DNA from: Octopus bimaculoides | Taxonomy: Eukaryota | Reading direction: 5' to 3' | DNA: 63,346 nucleotides | Assembly (NCBI RefSeq): GCF_001194135.2 | Contig: NC_069000.1 | Location: 18,358,531-18,421,876, forward strand | In this document: positions 51,810 to 63,346 of the stretch, piece by piece | How the letters are laid out: the number at the start of each line of letters is the position of its first letter | Position numbering within the stretch: position 1 is the first letter of the stretch | The notes under the pieces: generated by a model | What the model was told of the DNA's origin: nothing | The model's database searches: none | The model's input: only the letters and a program-made list of their open reading frames with translations | Position numbers and translations under genes: made by a program

Positions 51810-52031
51810 GTATGTATATATATATATATATATATCCATATATATTTAGCATAGGATTGAGGGCTGAACTATAGTATCTGAGGTACTGAAAAGTTCCAGC
51901 AAACATTGCTCCATATTTCTGATATCACAAGCCAACTGATGGGACATAAGAGGTTGTCAGTGATTAATGTCTATTATTGAGTTTTTAAGTGTCTTCTAAC
52001 ATAATTTTGGCTCTAAGTGGACTGTTTAGAT

Positions 52032-52388
52032 CAGTGTTTTCCAACCTATTTTCCCTCAGGATCCACTATAACTTTCCAGAAAAATGTATGCCTCACTGGT
52101 GGTAGGAAAAAAACAACTTTATTCTTAATATTTCATAATTATATACTTTCCTTAAAGAAATAGCCACAATTGGGTATTAGAATAGTGCTATACTGTAACA
52201 AACAGTCTTCACACAATATACTTGGCCAGCCAAGGGGAATTGATTTGAATAGGTGTGTGTAGGTGAAGTATGTTTGCTGTGAAAAAAAGACCTTCACACT
52301 ACCATGTCCTACTAAGGAGGAAAAAGAAAAACATTTTGGATCCCACGTCCCACCACAATTTTCGTATGCCCCACATTGGGAATCACTG
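52032..52388. mobile_element. hAT MITE, same family as 15530-15825
   Basis: CAGTGTTTTCCAAC...TTGGGAATCACTG, with a shared internal ccactataact..cagaaaaatgtatgcc; the TSD is not retained. Confidence 0.75.
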
Positions 52389-52813
52389 CTCTTGGTAAAT
52401 GTAAAGAACAAGGATATTCTTAAGAATGTCCTACTAATTCATTTCTATACTTTTTTTTTCTGTAAGATGGTAATATTTTGAGTAATTAACTTCCTGTTTC
52501 AGGATGAAATCATTTTCTTTTTACTATTCACACCTATACTTTGGTTCATTTGGTTTGATTTCTGATCATCATCAGCTATCTAATTCCTGAATATGTACAT
52601 AGTACCAGACTGCAATCTAACTAGTAGCACAACTAGGCAGGGCAGAGGGGTGCAGTCCACCCTGGGTGATACTTTTATGGAGGAGACACTCTTGAGCCTG
52701 GTGTATATGCCTCTCCTTATATTTGTCTTTAAAAAGTCCTTATTATTGAAACTGCTGACAATCATTAATTTATTGAGGAATATTTAAATTGTCTATGTTC
52801 TTTCTTAAATCAG

Positions 52814-52880
52814 GAAGAGAATGAACGATTAAAGAAATACCTGGAAGGAAACGGTCTAAATAATTCTAATTCATCACAAG
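52814..52880 (+). CDS. KIF28: KIF28-like exon 14 (EENERLKKYLEGNGLNNSNSSQ)
   Basis: aaatcAG acceptor and GTAAAG donor. Continues the neck coil in frame (LK|EENERL). Confidence 0.88.
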
Positions 52881-54310
52881 GTAAAGATTTATTAGTATCT
52901 TTTATGTAATTGTGTTTTGTCTTGGGACAGTTATTATACCAATAATAATAACACACACACAGGTTCAATTCCACTTCTTTATTATTGGTTATCTAACCAG
53001 TTAACTAATCTATCATTCGTTTAATGTGCAGGTTAAAAACAAGCTTGTTAATCAAAGTTTTTTCATTACTGTTTGTGATGTTTTATGTGGTTGTTATAGA
53101 GTATGTTGAGAAAAGTGCTACTACAACTGCTTCTTGTACTCTTGCTCATTAATGCTGTTTGCGTATTAAGGATGTAAGGGTTGACTATGATGCAAAACAA
53201 AACAAAATAAACCTCTCTGAAGTCACACCCTCAATCTTAAGAAATAAGGGTACTTTGAGTAATGTGATCCTGGGTTCAGTATACCTCAAAAAAAAAAACA
53301 TGGGTAGTCACAATAGAAATGCCTTTGATCAAAGACTACTCAATCAGGGTTGACCATGGCTAAACAACAACAACAACAACTACTAAAGTGTACACATGCA
53401 CACTCACATACCTACCTCCCTATCTACTCACTCACAATAGAAAAGTTCACATTTTTCTTTTCAGAGCACAAGTAATTCAATATTATTTAATGTGAAGCAT
53501 AGAATTGTTGTATCACCAATTGTTATGATGATACTTTTTTACATTATAACTGTGTAGTGACAATAAACATATAGTGAAGCAGGGTAACAACCCAACAAGC
53601 TACCAAAACAACACCTTTCAACTTCTTGTGATTAACACCTACTCTCTTCCTTCTGATTCCGACCACTACTATCTGTAGTCATTCGGTCAGTCTATTCCCA
53701 CAGGGGGTGTTGTGACTCTTGCCACAACAAGTATAAAAGTTCAAATTTAGTTAAAGCTTAGTATTCTGTATTGTATTTACAAAAGTGTATTACTTTTTTA
53801 AAAAATCTCTACTGTAATGCAGAGTTGAATATTCAAATCTAGTTAAAATCTTTTCCATATTATTGGTATTTAATTTTTCTCTCTTTTCTATCATCAGTAG
53901 ATGCACATTTTATCATCTTTATATTTCATTGATACAACTCATGGACATTTGATAAAATTAAGTTAAAGTTAGTTTCTTATATAACATTAAAACAAAACTG
54001 TACCGATAAAAATGAAATGAAATAGAAGTGTGATTAGTGATAACTTGTCCACCAACAAACATTTAAATGTTTTTCACCTGCAAAGTTCATTAAAACACTT
54101 GTCCCCATTTCAGACAATAAATAGCTGGTGGTTAATGATGGGACGTGGCAACATAGTAAAATAATTCACCACCCTCTCACTGAATTTTCCATAGAGTCCA
54201 CCTTTTTTGAGAAACACTGCACTTCATTATCTTGTGTCACCCTTTAACATTGCCCACATTTACTTTCCCCTCAAAACACACTGTTATCCAGTTTATGTAT
54301 TCTATCACAG

Positions 54311-54408
54311 ATGATGAAGAACTGAGGAAGGAGCTGGATAGTTTACAGTCACAGCTCACTGCAAACCAAAGACTGCTGGCCGAATCAACACAGACTTGGG
54401 AAGAAAAG
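54311..54408 (+). CDS. KIF28: KIF28-like exon 15, coiled coil (DDEELRKELDSLQSQL...TWEEK)
   Basis: tatcacAG acceptor and GTAATA donor. Contains the kinesin-3 CC1 motif WEEKL; phase 1 to 0. Confidence 0.9.
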
Positions 54409-54507
54409 GTAATAACTAAAACACATGCACACAAACATGCTTATATGCATATGTGTATATTATACACACATACACACTCATATATATACATATATATATA
54501 TACATAC

Positions 54508-54562
<55 letters not shown>

Positions 54563-54564
<2 letters not shown>

Positions 54565-54709
54565 GGGAGAATTCACAGAAAAACAACTGACGAAGACAGG
54601 TGGTGTAGAAAACAAATAGATGTATTAGTATAATGCTCATGAATTGAAAAAGTCTTTAACATTTCGAGCCTACGCTCTTCCACAGAAAGGAACACAAAAA
54701 GAAACAAGG
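54563..54709 (-). mobile_element. Penelope-like terminal repeat fragment between (TA)n tracts with a hammerhead-like motif
   Basis: Minus strand cttt CTGTGGA a gagc-gtag-gctc GAAATGTT aaag; the fragment runs into an N gap. Confidence 0.5.
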
Positions 54710-55660
54710 NNNNNNNNNNNNNNNNNNNNNNNNNNNNNNNNNNNNNNNNNNNNNNNNNNNNNNNNNNNNNNNNNNNNNNNNNNNNNNNNNNNNNNNNNNN
54801 NNNNNNNNNNNNNNNNNNNNNNNNNNNNNNNNNNNNNNNNNNNNNNNNNNNNNNNNNNNNNNNNNNNNNNNNNNNNNNNNNNNNNNNNNNNNNNNNNNNN
54901 NNNNNNNNNNNNNNNNNNNNNNNNNNNNNNNNNNNNNNNNNNNNNNNNNNNNNNNNNNNNNNNNNNNNNNNNNNNNNNNNNNNNNNNNNNNNNNNNNNNN
55001 NNNNNNNNNNNNNNNNNNNNNNNNNNNNNNNNNNNNNNNNNNNNNNNNNNNNNNNNNNNNNNNNNNNNNNNNNNNNNNNNNNNNNNNNNNNNNNNNNNNN
55101 NNNNNNNNNNNNNNNNNNNNNNNNNNNNNNNNNNATATATATATATATATATAGTTGTCTAAGAATCCATAAGTCAGAAAAAACATGCACTCATCTATTT
55201 GTCAATAGAGTTGGTATAAATACCACAAGGTATTTTTTTCCCTGTAATCAACTGGTTCTGCCATCAATCACCCAAATAATTGTCATAATAACAGACATGA
55301 ATTCAAACACATACACATATGTGCTTGTGAGTTCTTGTTTTTATAACTATCCAAAAGGATAGACATATCGTTGAGAACAATGGGCTTTGTTGGTGGTACT
55401 GTGATGTCCCTATTCTAGCTTTTGGTGAAGTAGAAGTTATAAGGGTCAAGTGGTGAAGACATTATTTCGGCCTAGCTAAAGGCAATCTAGCAAATGTAAA
55501 ACCGCTGTCAGAGAAAAACTATTGTTTCACTGTGAGAAAAGTTCTATTGAATTGCTAATTTAAATTTGGCTATGGTAGATCAAATCCACTTCATGCATGC
55601 AAGATCCACTACATATATATGTACGTACATATATCAAGTAAGTCACTTCTTTGCCTACAG

Positions 55661-55857
55661 CTTGCTGCAGCTCAGTTGATGGACAATGAATCAATTCACG
55701 GAGATTTACAAAGACAATCCACTCAGCATCATCTAGTAAACCTTAATGAAGATCCTCTTTTATCTAAAGTCATCTTCCACTACCTTTCTGAGGGTAAAAT
55801 CACCATCGGATCAAAACTGGCAAATCCACGTCCTAAGATCTGTTTAAACGGGTTAAG
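55661..55857 (+). CDS. KIF28: KIF28-like exon 16 (LAAAQL...HLVNLNEDPLLS...ICLNGL-S)
   Basis: ttgcctacAG acceptor and GTGAGT donor. HLVNLNEDP is the conserved kinesin-3 motif preceding the FHA domain. Confidence 0.95.
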
Positions 55858-55900
55858 GTGAGTAAAACAATTCACTACCATAGTATTATTTAACCCTTTA

Positions 55901-55985
<85 letters not shown>

Positions 55986-56408
55986 GATTCTGAGAATTAT
56001 ATTTATTTGGCAGTCCGTACTGATGAGAAACAGATATTTTCGGTAAGGAAATATTAATTTCAAAACTAGTTTGTGGATAACTTTGTATGTATTTATGTAA
56101 TTTTCACTTGTCTTGCCTGTATACGTTTTGTTACTTCGCTAAATTTCCTTTGAGAACAATTCGGTCTTAGTAAACGCATTACATGTGATCTAGCACATTA
56201 ACAGTCCACCTTCTAGCACATTAACAGTCCACCTAGTGGTCTCCTTTATATATATATATATATACAATAATCCTTTGAGATCTCAGATATTTTTTTCTGA
56301 ATCTCCTTGATTCTTTTAATGTGCTTGTTCCCTGGTATTAAATTGATATTAATTGATATCCAATTTTTTACCCTACTGTTTTAATTTAATTATATACATA
56401 AATATATT

Positions 56409-56440
<32 letters not shown>

Positions 56441-58177
56441 CACATGCACGCACATACACACACACATGTAAACATGGGCACACACATTATCCTCATCATA
56501 TCATTGCGATCATCATTTAAAGTCTGTATTCCATATGAACATAGGTTGGATGATTCAACAGAATCCACTTTTCAGATTACACTGGGGTGCTTTTCTGAGG
56601 CACTGGCACTAGTAAGATCACCAAGTAACTCACAAGACAAGGCCCCTCAATTGTGCTAGGATGCAATTTTGAGGGATATGACTTTGTACCAGATATTGAG
56701 AGGCTAAAGTATAATATACATGACACCTGTTCCTGTGAACAGGTGTCATGTGTGGAGGAGATACATAGCCAACCCTAACCCAGCAGGTATTAAAGAAATT
56801 ATGGTGGAAATAAAGTCTCAGGAAATATCCTCAAGTTGCAAGGAGGAGGACAAAGAGAGGATAGGGACAGAGAATCAAGGATTGATGGATGGGTGGGTTC
56901 AAGAAAATGGTTAAGGAGAGTGGCAGATGGTTAAAGAGGGGGACAAAGATGAATGTAGTGAATAGTAAACACAAATAGAGGCATAGTCAATGGTGAAGCT
57001 CAGTCTGGGGGAAAGTGAAGGAAAATAGGAGTGGGTGGAGGAAGAAGAGGTGATAGGTAGCAATGCATAAGAGAAGGTGGAGGCGATGACAAATGACCAA
57101 GACCTTTGGAGATATGCTGTGCTTGAGAAGACCCAGCAAGCCAAGTGAGAATGTAAATGTGGCCTATGCCAATGCAGCATAACCAGCCCATTAAGAGTAC
57201 CCTTCAATCATTGGGCAATAAACTGCGCTTGCGACCTGTACACTGACAAAATTCCGTGCTGCATAGGTTGTCAGTGAAGAGGTCGCAATTTCAAAGTGAC
57301 GAAAATATTTTGACAAATTAAATTTAAATGTTGAAGTGAATCTAACAGTTTTTTTGTTTTAAATGGCTTATAAACACCTTCCACATTGCAGTTGTTTTTG
57401 TTTCAGCACACGATCTCAGATCAAGTCACTTGCTATGCAAATACATCTCTGTAATATATATATATATATATATATATATANNNNNNNNNNNNNNNNNNNN
57501 NNNNNNNNNNNNNNNNNNNNNNNNNNNNNNNNNNNNNNNNNNNNNNNNNNNNNNNNNNNNNNNNNNNNNNNNNNNNNNNNNNNNNNNNNNNNNNNNNNNN
57601 NNNNNNNNNNNNNNNNNNNNNNNNNNNNNNNNNNNNNNNNNNNNNNNNNNNNNNNNNNNNNNNNNNNNNNNNNNNNNNNNNNNNNNNNNNNNNNNNNNNN
57701 NNNNNNNNNNNNNNNNNNNNNNNNNNNNNNNNNNNNNNNNNNNNNNNNNNNNNNNNNNNNNNNNNNNNNNNNNNNNNNNNNNNNNNNNNNNNNNNNNNNN
57801 NNNNNNNNNNNNNNNNNNNNNNNNNNNNNNNNNNNNNNNNNNNNNNNNNNNNNNNNNNNNNNNNNNNNNNNNNNNNNNNNNNNNNNNNNNNNNNNNNNNN
57901 NNNNNNNNNNNNNNNNNNNNNNNNNNNNNNNNNNNNNNNNNNNNNNNNNNNNNNNNNNNNNNNNNNNNNNNNNNNNNNNNNNNNNNNNNNNNNNNNNNNN
58001 NNNNNNNNNNNNNNNNNNNNNNNNNNNNNNNNNNNNNNNNNNNNNNNNNNNNNNNNNNNNNNNNNNNNNNNNNNNNNNNNNNNNNNNNNNNNNNNNNNNN
58101 NNNNNNNNNNNNNNNNNNNNNNNNNNNNNNNNNNNNNNNNNNNNNNNNNNNNNNNNNNNNNNNNNNNNNNNNNNNNN

Positions 58178-58252
<75 letters not shown>

Positions 58253-58326
58253 TGTGTGTGTGTATATGCATGCATATATGCATGTAAATATATTTATGTA
58301 CTCTTCTCTTCTTGTTCCTCCATTAG

Positions 58327-58469
58327 TATTCAGAAAAGCCATGCATATATTGAGAATATGGATCATAAAATTTCTATAGAACCAGCTTCTAGCAATGCCA
58401 AGACCAAAATTAATGGATTACCTCTCATGAAAAAGCAAACATTGAATCACATGGACAGGATACTTTTTG
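58327..58469 (+). CDS. KIF28: KIF28-like exon 17, FHA domain (IQKSHAYIEN...KTKINGLPL...LNHMDRILF-G)
   Basis: cttgttcctccattAG acceptor; FHA motifs I...HA, T.ING and L.H.DRI.FG. The donor (GTGTGT) is weak, so the 3' boundary is less certain. No next exon was found in the sequenced part of the window. Confidence 0.85.
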
Positions 58470-61400
58470 GTGTGTTAAATACATCTGATTATTTTGTATT
58501 TTTAGTGTGTGTGTGTCCCTGTGTGTGTCTATGTGTGTGTGTATGTGTGTGTGTGTATGTGTGTGTGTGTACATGTGTGTCTTTGTGTGCATGTATATAT
58601 ACTTATGTGCATGTATATATACTTTAAAATGACTAAACATGATATGTTGTTGGAACTTACATACCATGTACAGGAAACTTCTTTCACACTTCTACACTGT
58701 TTTCCTCAAATAATGGAATTGCCACTACAATATCTTTATATATCTTATTTCTACTTTCATTCTCTTATTNNNNNNNNNNNNNNNNNNNNNNNNNNNNNNN
58801 NNNNNNNNNNNNNNNNNNNNNNNNNNNNNNNNNNNNNNNNNNNNNNNNNNNNNNNNNNNNNNNNNNNNNCACACATACCTATACATATACATATATATTC
58901 ATACATATTACCATAATTGTTGTCATTTAATGTCCATATTTCATGCTGGCATGGATTGCACAGTTTGATAGGATCCAACATATCCAAAGACTGCGTTGTG
59001 CTCCAATATCTCCTTTAACATACAATTTCTACAACTGTATGTCCTTCCTAAGCCAACCACTTTACAGCATGAGCTGGGTGCTTTTTCTGTATGTATCACC
59101 AGCACTAGTGAAAAGTCACCATGTAGTTTGCAATACTACAAACCCCAAGAAAGGTGGATTTATGCTAGATGAGAAGTTAACCCTTTCGATACCGATCTGC
59201 CTGAGGCTAGCCCTGGTTCTAGGTTACAATAAAGTTATCTAAATTAAAACCTTCCCTCAGAATTTTGATGGCAATTTTGGCGGAGGAGTAAATTGATTAC
59301 ATTGACCCCAGTGTTCAAGTGGTACTTATTTTATCAATCCCAAAAAGAGGAAAGACAAAGTTGACCTTGGCAGAATTTGAACTCAGAACATGTAGATGAA
59401 TGAAATGCTACTAAGCATTTCACCAGCTCACCACCCTAAGTGGGGAAGAATATAAATATTACCAACTACAAAAATACATATATACCAGTTGTTAAAAAAT
59501 ATATCCAAATTTTAAAGAAGAAATCAATATACAGATAGTCTATGTATATACCTCTGTATACAGATAGCTCATGAGATAACTGAAAATATAAACCAGGTAT
59601 TGAAAATATATACAAATATCAAATGAGAAATCGATATAGTTTTTATTTTTATCTTCTTTGTTTTTGTTTTTTTGGGGTTATTTTTTTCAATTATTTAATT
59701 ACCAATTAGAAAAAAAATTAATAAAACTGAAAAAAACAAAAAAAGAATAGAAAAAAATCTAACAAGAAAACAAAATCAGAAAATAGAATATAAAAAAAAG
59801 AATTTTTTAACAACTAATTGTGTGAGAAAGACAGAAGGAAAAAGAAATAAAGGAAAGAAAGTGCATATAGATGTATATATACATGTGTATATATATATAT
59901 ATATATATATTGAGAGAGAGACAAAGGGAAGAAGAAAAAAGCGTTCATACAATCTTCCATAAGGTTGTGAACTAAGATGTAGTAGTAGTAGTAGTTGTAG
60001 TAGTGGTAGTAGCAGAAACCAATCGATATGGTACACGATTCAGTTACCCATCCTATTGTCATTTTGTTCATCATTCTGTTACCATAATACAACTTAGGGA
60101 GTTTTCTTTTCTTTTTCTTCTTCTTCACATAATGAAACATGTAATGTATGAATTAACTATCCCCCACCCCGTCCACCACCCTACCCTTTTTATTATGTTC
60201 CTACAATATTTTGCTTTACATGCAAAAGTTCAGAATATTTTTTTATATTATTGCGATCATTTTAACACCCTGCTGTTTTTGGTCAAGTTTTTTTTAGGAG
60301 TTTTTTTTTTTTTAATATTTTTCTTTTCTTTTTTTTTTGTAAATCTATTTGGTTTTTTTACTCTTCTGAATATAATTCATTTTGNNNNNNNNNNNNNNNN
60401 NNNNNNNNNNNNNNNNNNNNNNNNNNNNNNNNNNNNNNNNNNNNNNNNNNNNNNNNNNNNNNNNNNNNNNNNNNNNNNNNNNNNNNNNNNNNNNNNNNNN
60501 NNNNNNNNNNNNNNNNNNNNNNNNNNNNNNNNNNNNNNNNNNNNNNNNNNNNNNNNNNNNNNNNNNNNNNNNNNNNNNNNNNNNNNNNNNNNNNNNNNNN
60601 NNNNNNNNNNNNNNNNNNNNNNNNNNNNNNNNNNNNNNNNNNNNNNNNNNNNNNNNNNNNNNNNNNNNNNNNNNNNNNNNNNNNNNNNNNNNNNNNNNNN
60701 NNNNNNNNNNNNNNNNNNNNNNNNNNNNNNNNNNNNNNNNNNNNNNNNNNNNNNNNNNNNNNNNNNNNNNNNNNNNNNNNNNNNNNNNNNNNNNNNNNNN
60801 NNNNNNNNNNNNNNNNNNNNNNNNNNNNNNNNNNNNNNNNNNNNNNNNNNNNNNNNNNNNNNNNNNNNNNNNNNNNNNNNNNNNNNNNNNNNNNNNNNNN
60901 NNNNNNNNNNNNNNNNNNNNNNNNNNNNNNAAAAAAAAAAAAAAAAGAAAAAACATTAAAAACAATAACAACAACATACATAAAGGAATAATCCACATTT
61001 TCTCCTCTTATATTGCTTTTTATCATCATCATGATTATGGTCTTTTAGTCTATGTCTTGTTCTTCTGTCTGGAGAGATAACTGAATGCAAATGTTTCATT
61101 TTTCCATTCTCCCCCCATCAACCACCCCTTTGCATTGTTTTATAGTCATCACAGATTATATTCGTATTTTTTGGAGGTTGTTTGAGGGTTGTAACACCCT
61201 TCTCTCTTTCTCTCTCTTTTTTAAACTTCCTTCGGTTATAAGTTTCGAATGGCACAGTGAGCTCAAAGGATGTGGTCTCTATGTTATTGCTCCTCGATCA
61301 AATCTTACCCAAAAGTCTTATATAAAATAAAAAGGAGAGGGGGAGGGGGTAATATAATGTGGTCCTAGATATATTATGTACGGGCAAAACAAAAAAAAAG

Positions 61401-61844
61401 ACAAAACAAAAACAGGATAGTCATGGTAGGAATGTCTGCACTAACCATGCTCATCTAAGGCAAAACAACACCAGTATCACAAACACCATAACCAACCAGT
61501 GTGTCCAAGAGGGAGCTTTTGTGTGGTTATATGATCCACTAGAAATAGCAGTCGAATTTCCTCTCAAATTAAGTCATTAGACATAATAGATAAAAGAAGT
61601 CCTAAATACAGAAAAAATACATGGGACAGACATGACTGAAATACCATTGGTCAAAATTGTGCTGGATCAAGCCTGACCTAGGGTTAAACAATAACAGTAA
61701 TAACACGATCAACTAAAGAAAATCATAATCAGTGACATGATTAAAATAGTTTTTTTTTTTCCTTAAATTACCAAAGCAATTTTAACAAGTGTTAATGTTG
61801 CTGTTATAGTTGTTGTTGTTATTTAACCTGAGGTTAACCACAAG

Positions 61845-62226
61845 TGGGTGGAGGCGCAATGGCCCAGTGGTTAGGGAAGCGGACTCGCGGTCACGGGATC
61901 GTGGTTTCGAGAGTGTTTATTGAGCGAAAACACCCAAAGCTCCACGAGGCTCCGGTAGGGGATGGTGGCGAACCCTGCTGTACTCTTTCACCACAACTTT
62001 CTCTTACTTCCTGTTTCTGTTGTGCCTGTAATTCAAAGGGTCAGCCTTGTCACACTGTGTCACGCTGAATATCCCCAAGAACTACGTTAAGGGTACACGT
62101 GTCTGTGGAGAGTGCTCAGCCACTTGCATGTTAATTTCACGAGCAGGCTGTTCTGTTGATCGGATCAACTGGAACCTTCGATGTCGTAAGCGACAGAGTG
62201 CCAACAACAACAACAACAACAACAAC
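61845..62226 (+). mobile_element. tRNA-derived SINE family D with (AAC)n tail
   Basis: A-box TGGCCCAGTGG and B-box-like GGTTTCGA. Its 3' part is shared with family E (cagccacttgcatgttaatttcacgagcaggctgtt). Confidence 0.75.
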
Positions 62227-63346
62227 CACAAGTTAACAGCCCTATAATCAAAGGTATTCCAGTCACGACCATCCAATCTTTTTTTTCCCCAAGCTAGTAT
62301 ATCTAGAATTACTTCATTATTTAAAGTGTCACCATAATTTTAAAACAGTTGGGTGTAATGAGGGAAATTTGGCTGCTATTTCTAACATGGATAATGATGA
62401 TGTGTAACAAATATATCACCACCACCACCATCTAACCACAACAAAACCAATACTTTTAGGGAAACTTATTCCTATTCAGCGAAGGGATTTTCAAGTGCAA
62501 ATTCACTCTCTCCTTCACAAAATCTGGGTAGGAAGAAGAGAACACCATGTACATACATAACTCTCAGATAAAACTACTCAATAATTTTTAAGAATGAGAA
62601 TACTAAATAAACAGCCTGAACAGAGTTGGTATATATTTTACTTGACATAAGTATTTAGTATCCTTTACTACTTGAAAATATTACATACATACATATACAT
62701 ACATATATATATATCATGATGTCAGCAGGTTCCATTCTCCCAAAATTCAATGATCAGAGGTATCTCTCCCTTGTCAATTGCTGGCAAAATTTTTGCAAGA
62801 GCACACTCTTGAATCACCTCATTCCACAATTTTCTGCCAGGAAGCCAGTGTGGATTCTGTTGTGAGAAGGGATACTACTGACACGATCTTTGTTGTAAGA
62901 AATTGCCCAGAAGTGTATAGAGCAGAATCAGGCCTTGCTTACAACTTTTGCTAACTCACAAAGAATTTTGATACTTTGTGCTGCAGCAGTTTGTGAAGAT
63001 CATGTGCATGGTGTGCCAATTTTATGATAGCATGCTGGAGAGTGTTAGGAGTAATAGAGGCATAAAAAGGTAAAGTCGCCCTTCGGTCATGAATGACCAT
63101 GGGATTCATCATCATCATCATCATCGTTTAACGTCCGCTTTCCATGCTAGCATGGGTTGGACGATTTGACTGAGGACTGGTGCAACCGGATGGCTACACC
63201 AGACTCCAATCTAATTTGGCAGAGTTTCTACAGCTGGATGCCCTTCCTAACGCCAACCACTCAGAGAGTGTAGTGGGTGCTTTTACGTGTCACCCGCACA
63301 AAAACGGCCACACTCGAAATGGTGTCTTTTATGTGCCACCCGTACA

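Noticed and set aside
56011-56060. CTGATGA within a (TA)n-flanked insertion
   Set aside because: No GAAA directly follows a stem II, and there is no stem I complement.
56189-56234. 23-bp direct tandem duplication (ctagcacattaacagtccacct)
   Set aside because: Only two copies within a repeat fragment; ordinary slippage.
58470-63346. Search for the next kinesin exon (phase 1, expected to finish the FHA domain)
   Set aside because: No convincing candidate was found; it probably lies in a gap or beyond the window.

Overview
Eukaryotic, AT-rich, microsatellite- and retroposon-dense draft genomic sequence with many N gaps. The repeat families suggest an octopus genome, probably Octopus bimaculoides; this is inferred from recalled repeat families, not a database search. 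One protein-coding gene spans the window on the + strand: a kinesin-3 of the KIF28/KLP-6 type. I reconstructed 17 coding exons (1190-58469) by hand. All have GT-AG boundaries and consistent phases, except across the N gap that truncates exon 9. They include microexons of 14, 17 and 23 nt that the ORF track misses. The spliced protein runs MSGESVKVAVRVRPFNQRE...FCFDYSYWSHDG...GQTGSGKS (P-loop)...NATSSRAH (switch I)...DLAGSE (switch II)...neck/coiled coil...FHA domain. The gene probably continues beyond the window. Introns hold several tRNA-derived SINE families, RTE-type LINE 3' ends, decayed CR1/L2-type, R4/Dong-type and Penelope-like fragments, a young LTR retrotransposon piece, mariner and Chapaev3-like remnants, and hAT, Tc1 and piggyBac-type MITEs. 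The best second-look items are two spacerless palindromes inside (TA)n tracts, two minimal hammerhead-ribozyme-like motifs (one with a variant core), a ~96%-identical long intronic inverted repeat, and a candidate alternative start exon. No CRISPR array, rRNA or bona fide tRNA gene was found. I cannot claim a wholly new biological system; the palindrome, hammerhead and (TA)n-insertion pattern is the strongest lead.
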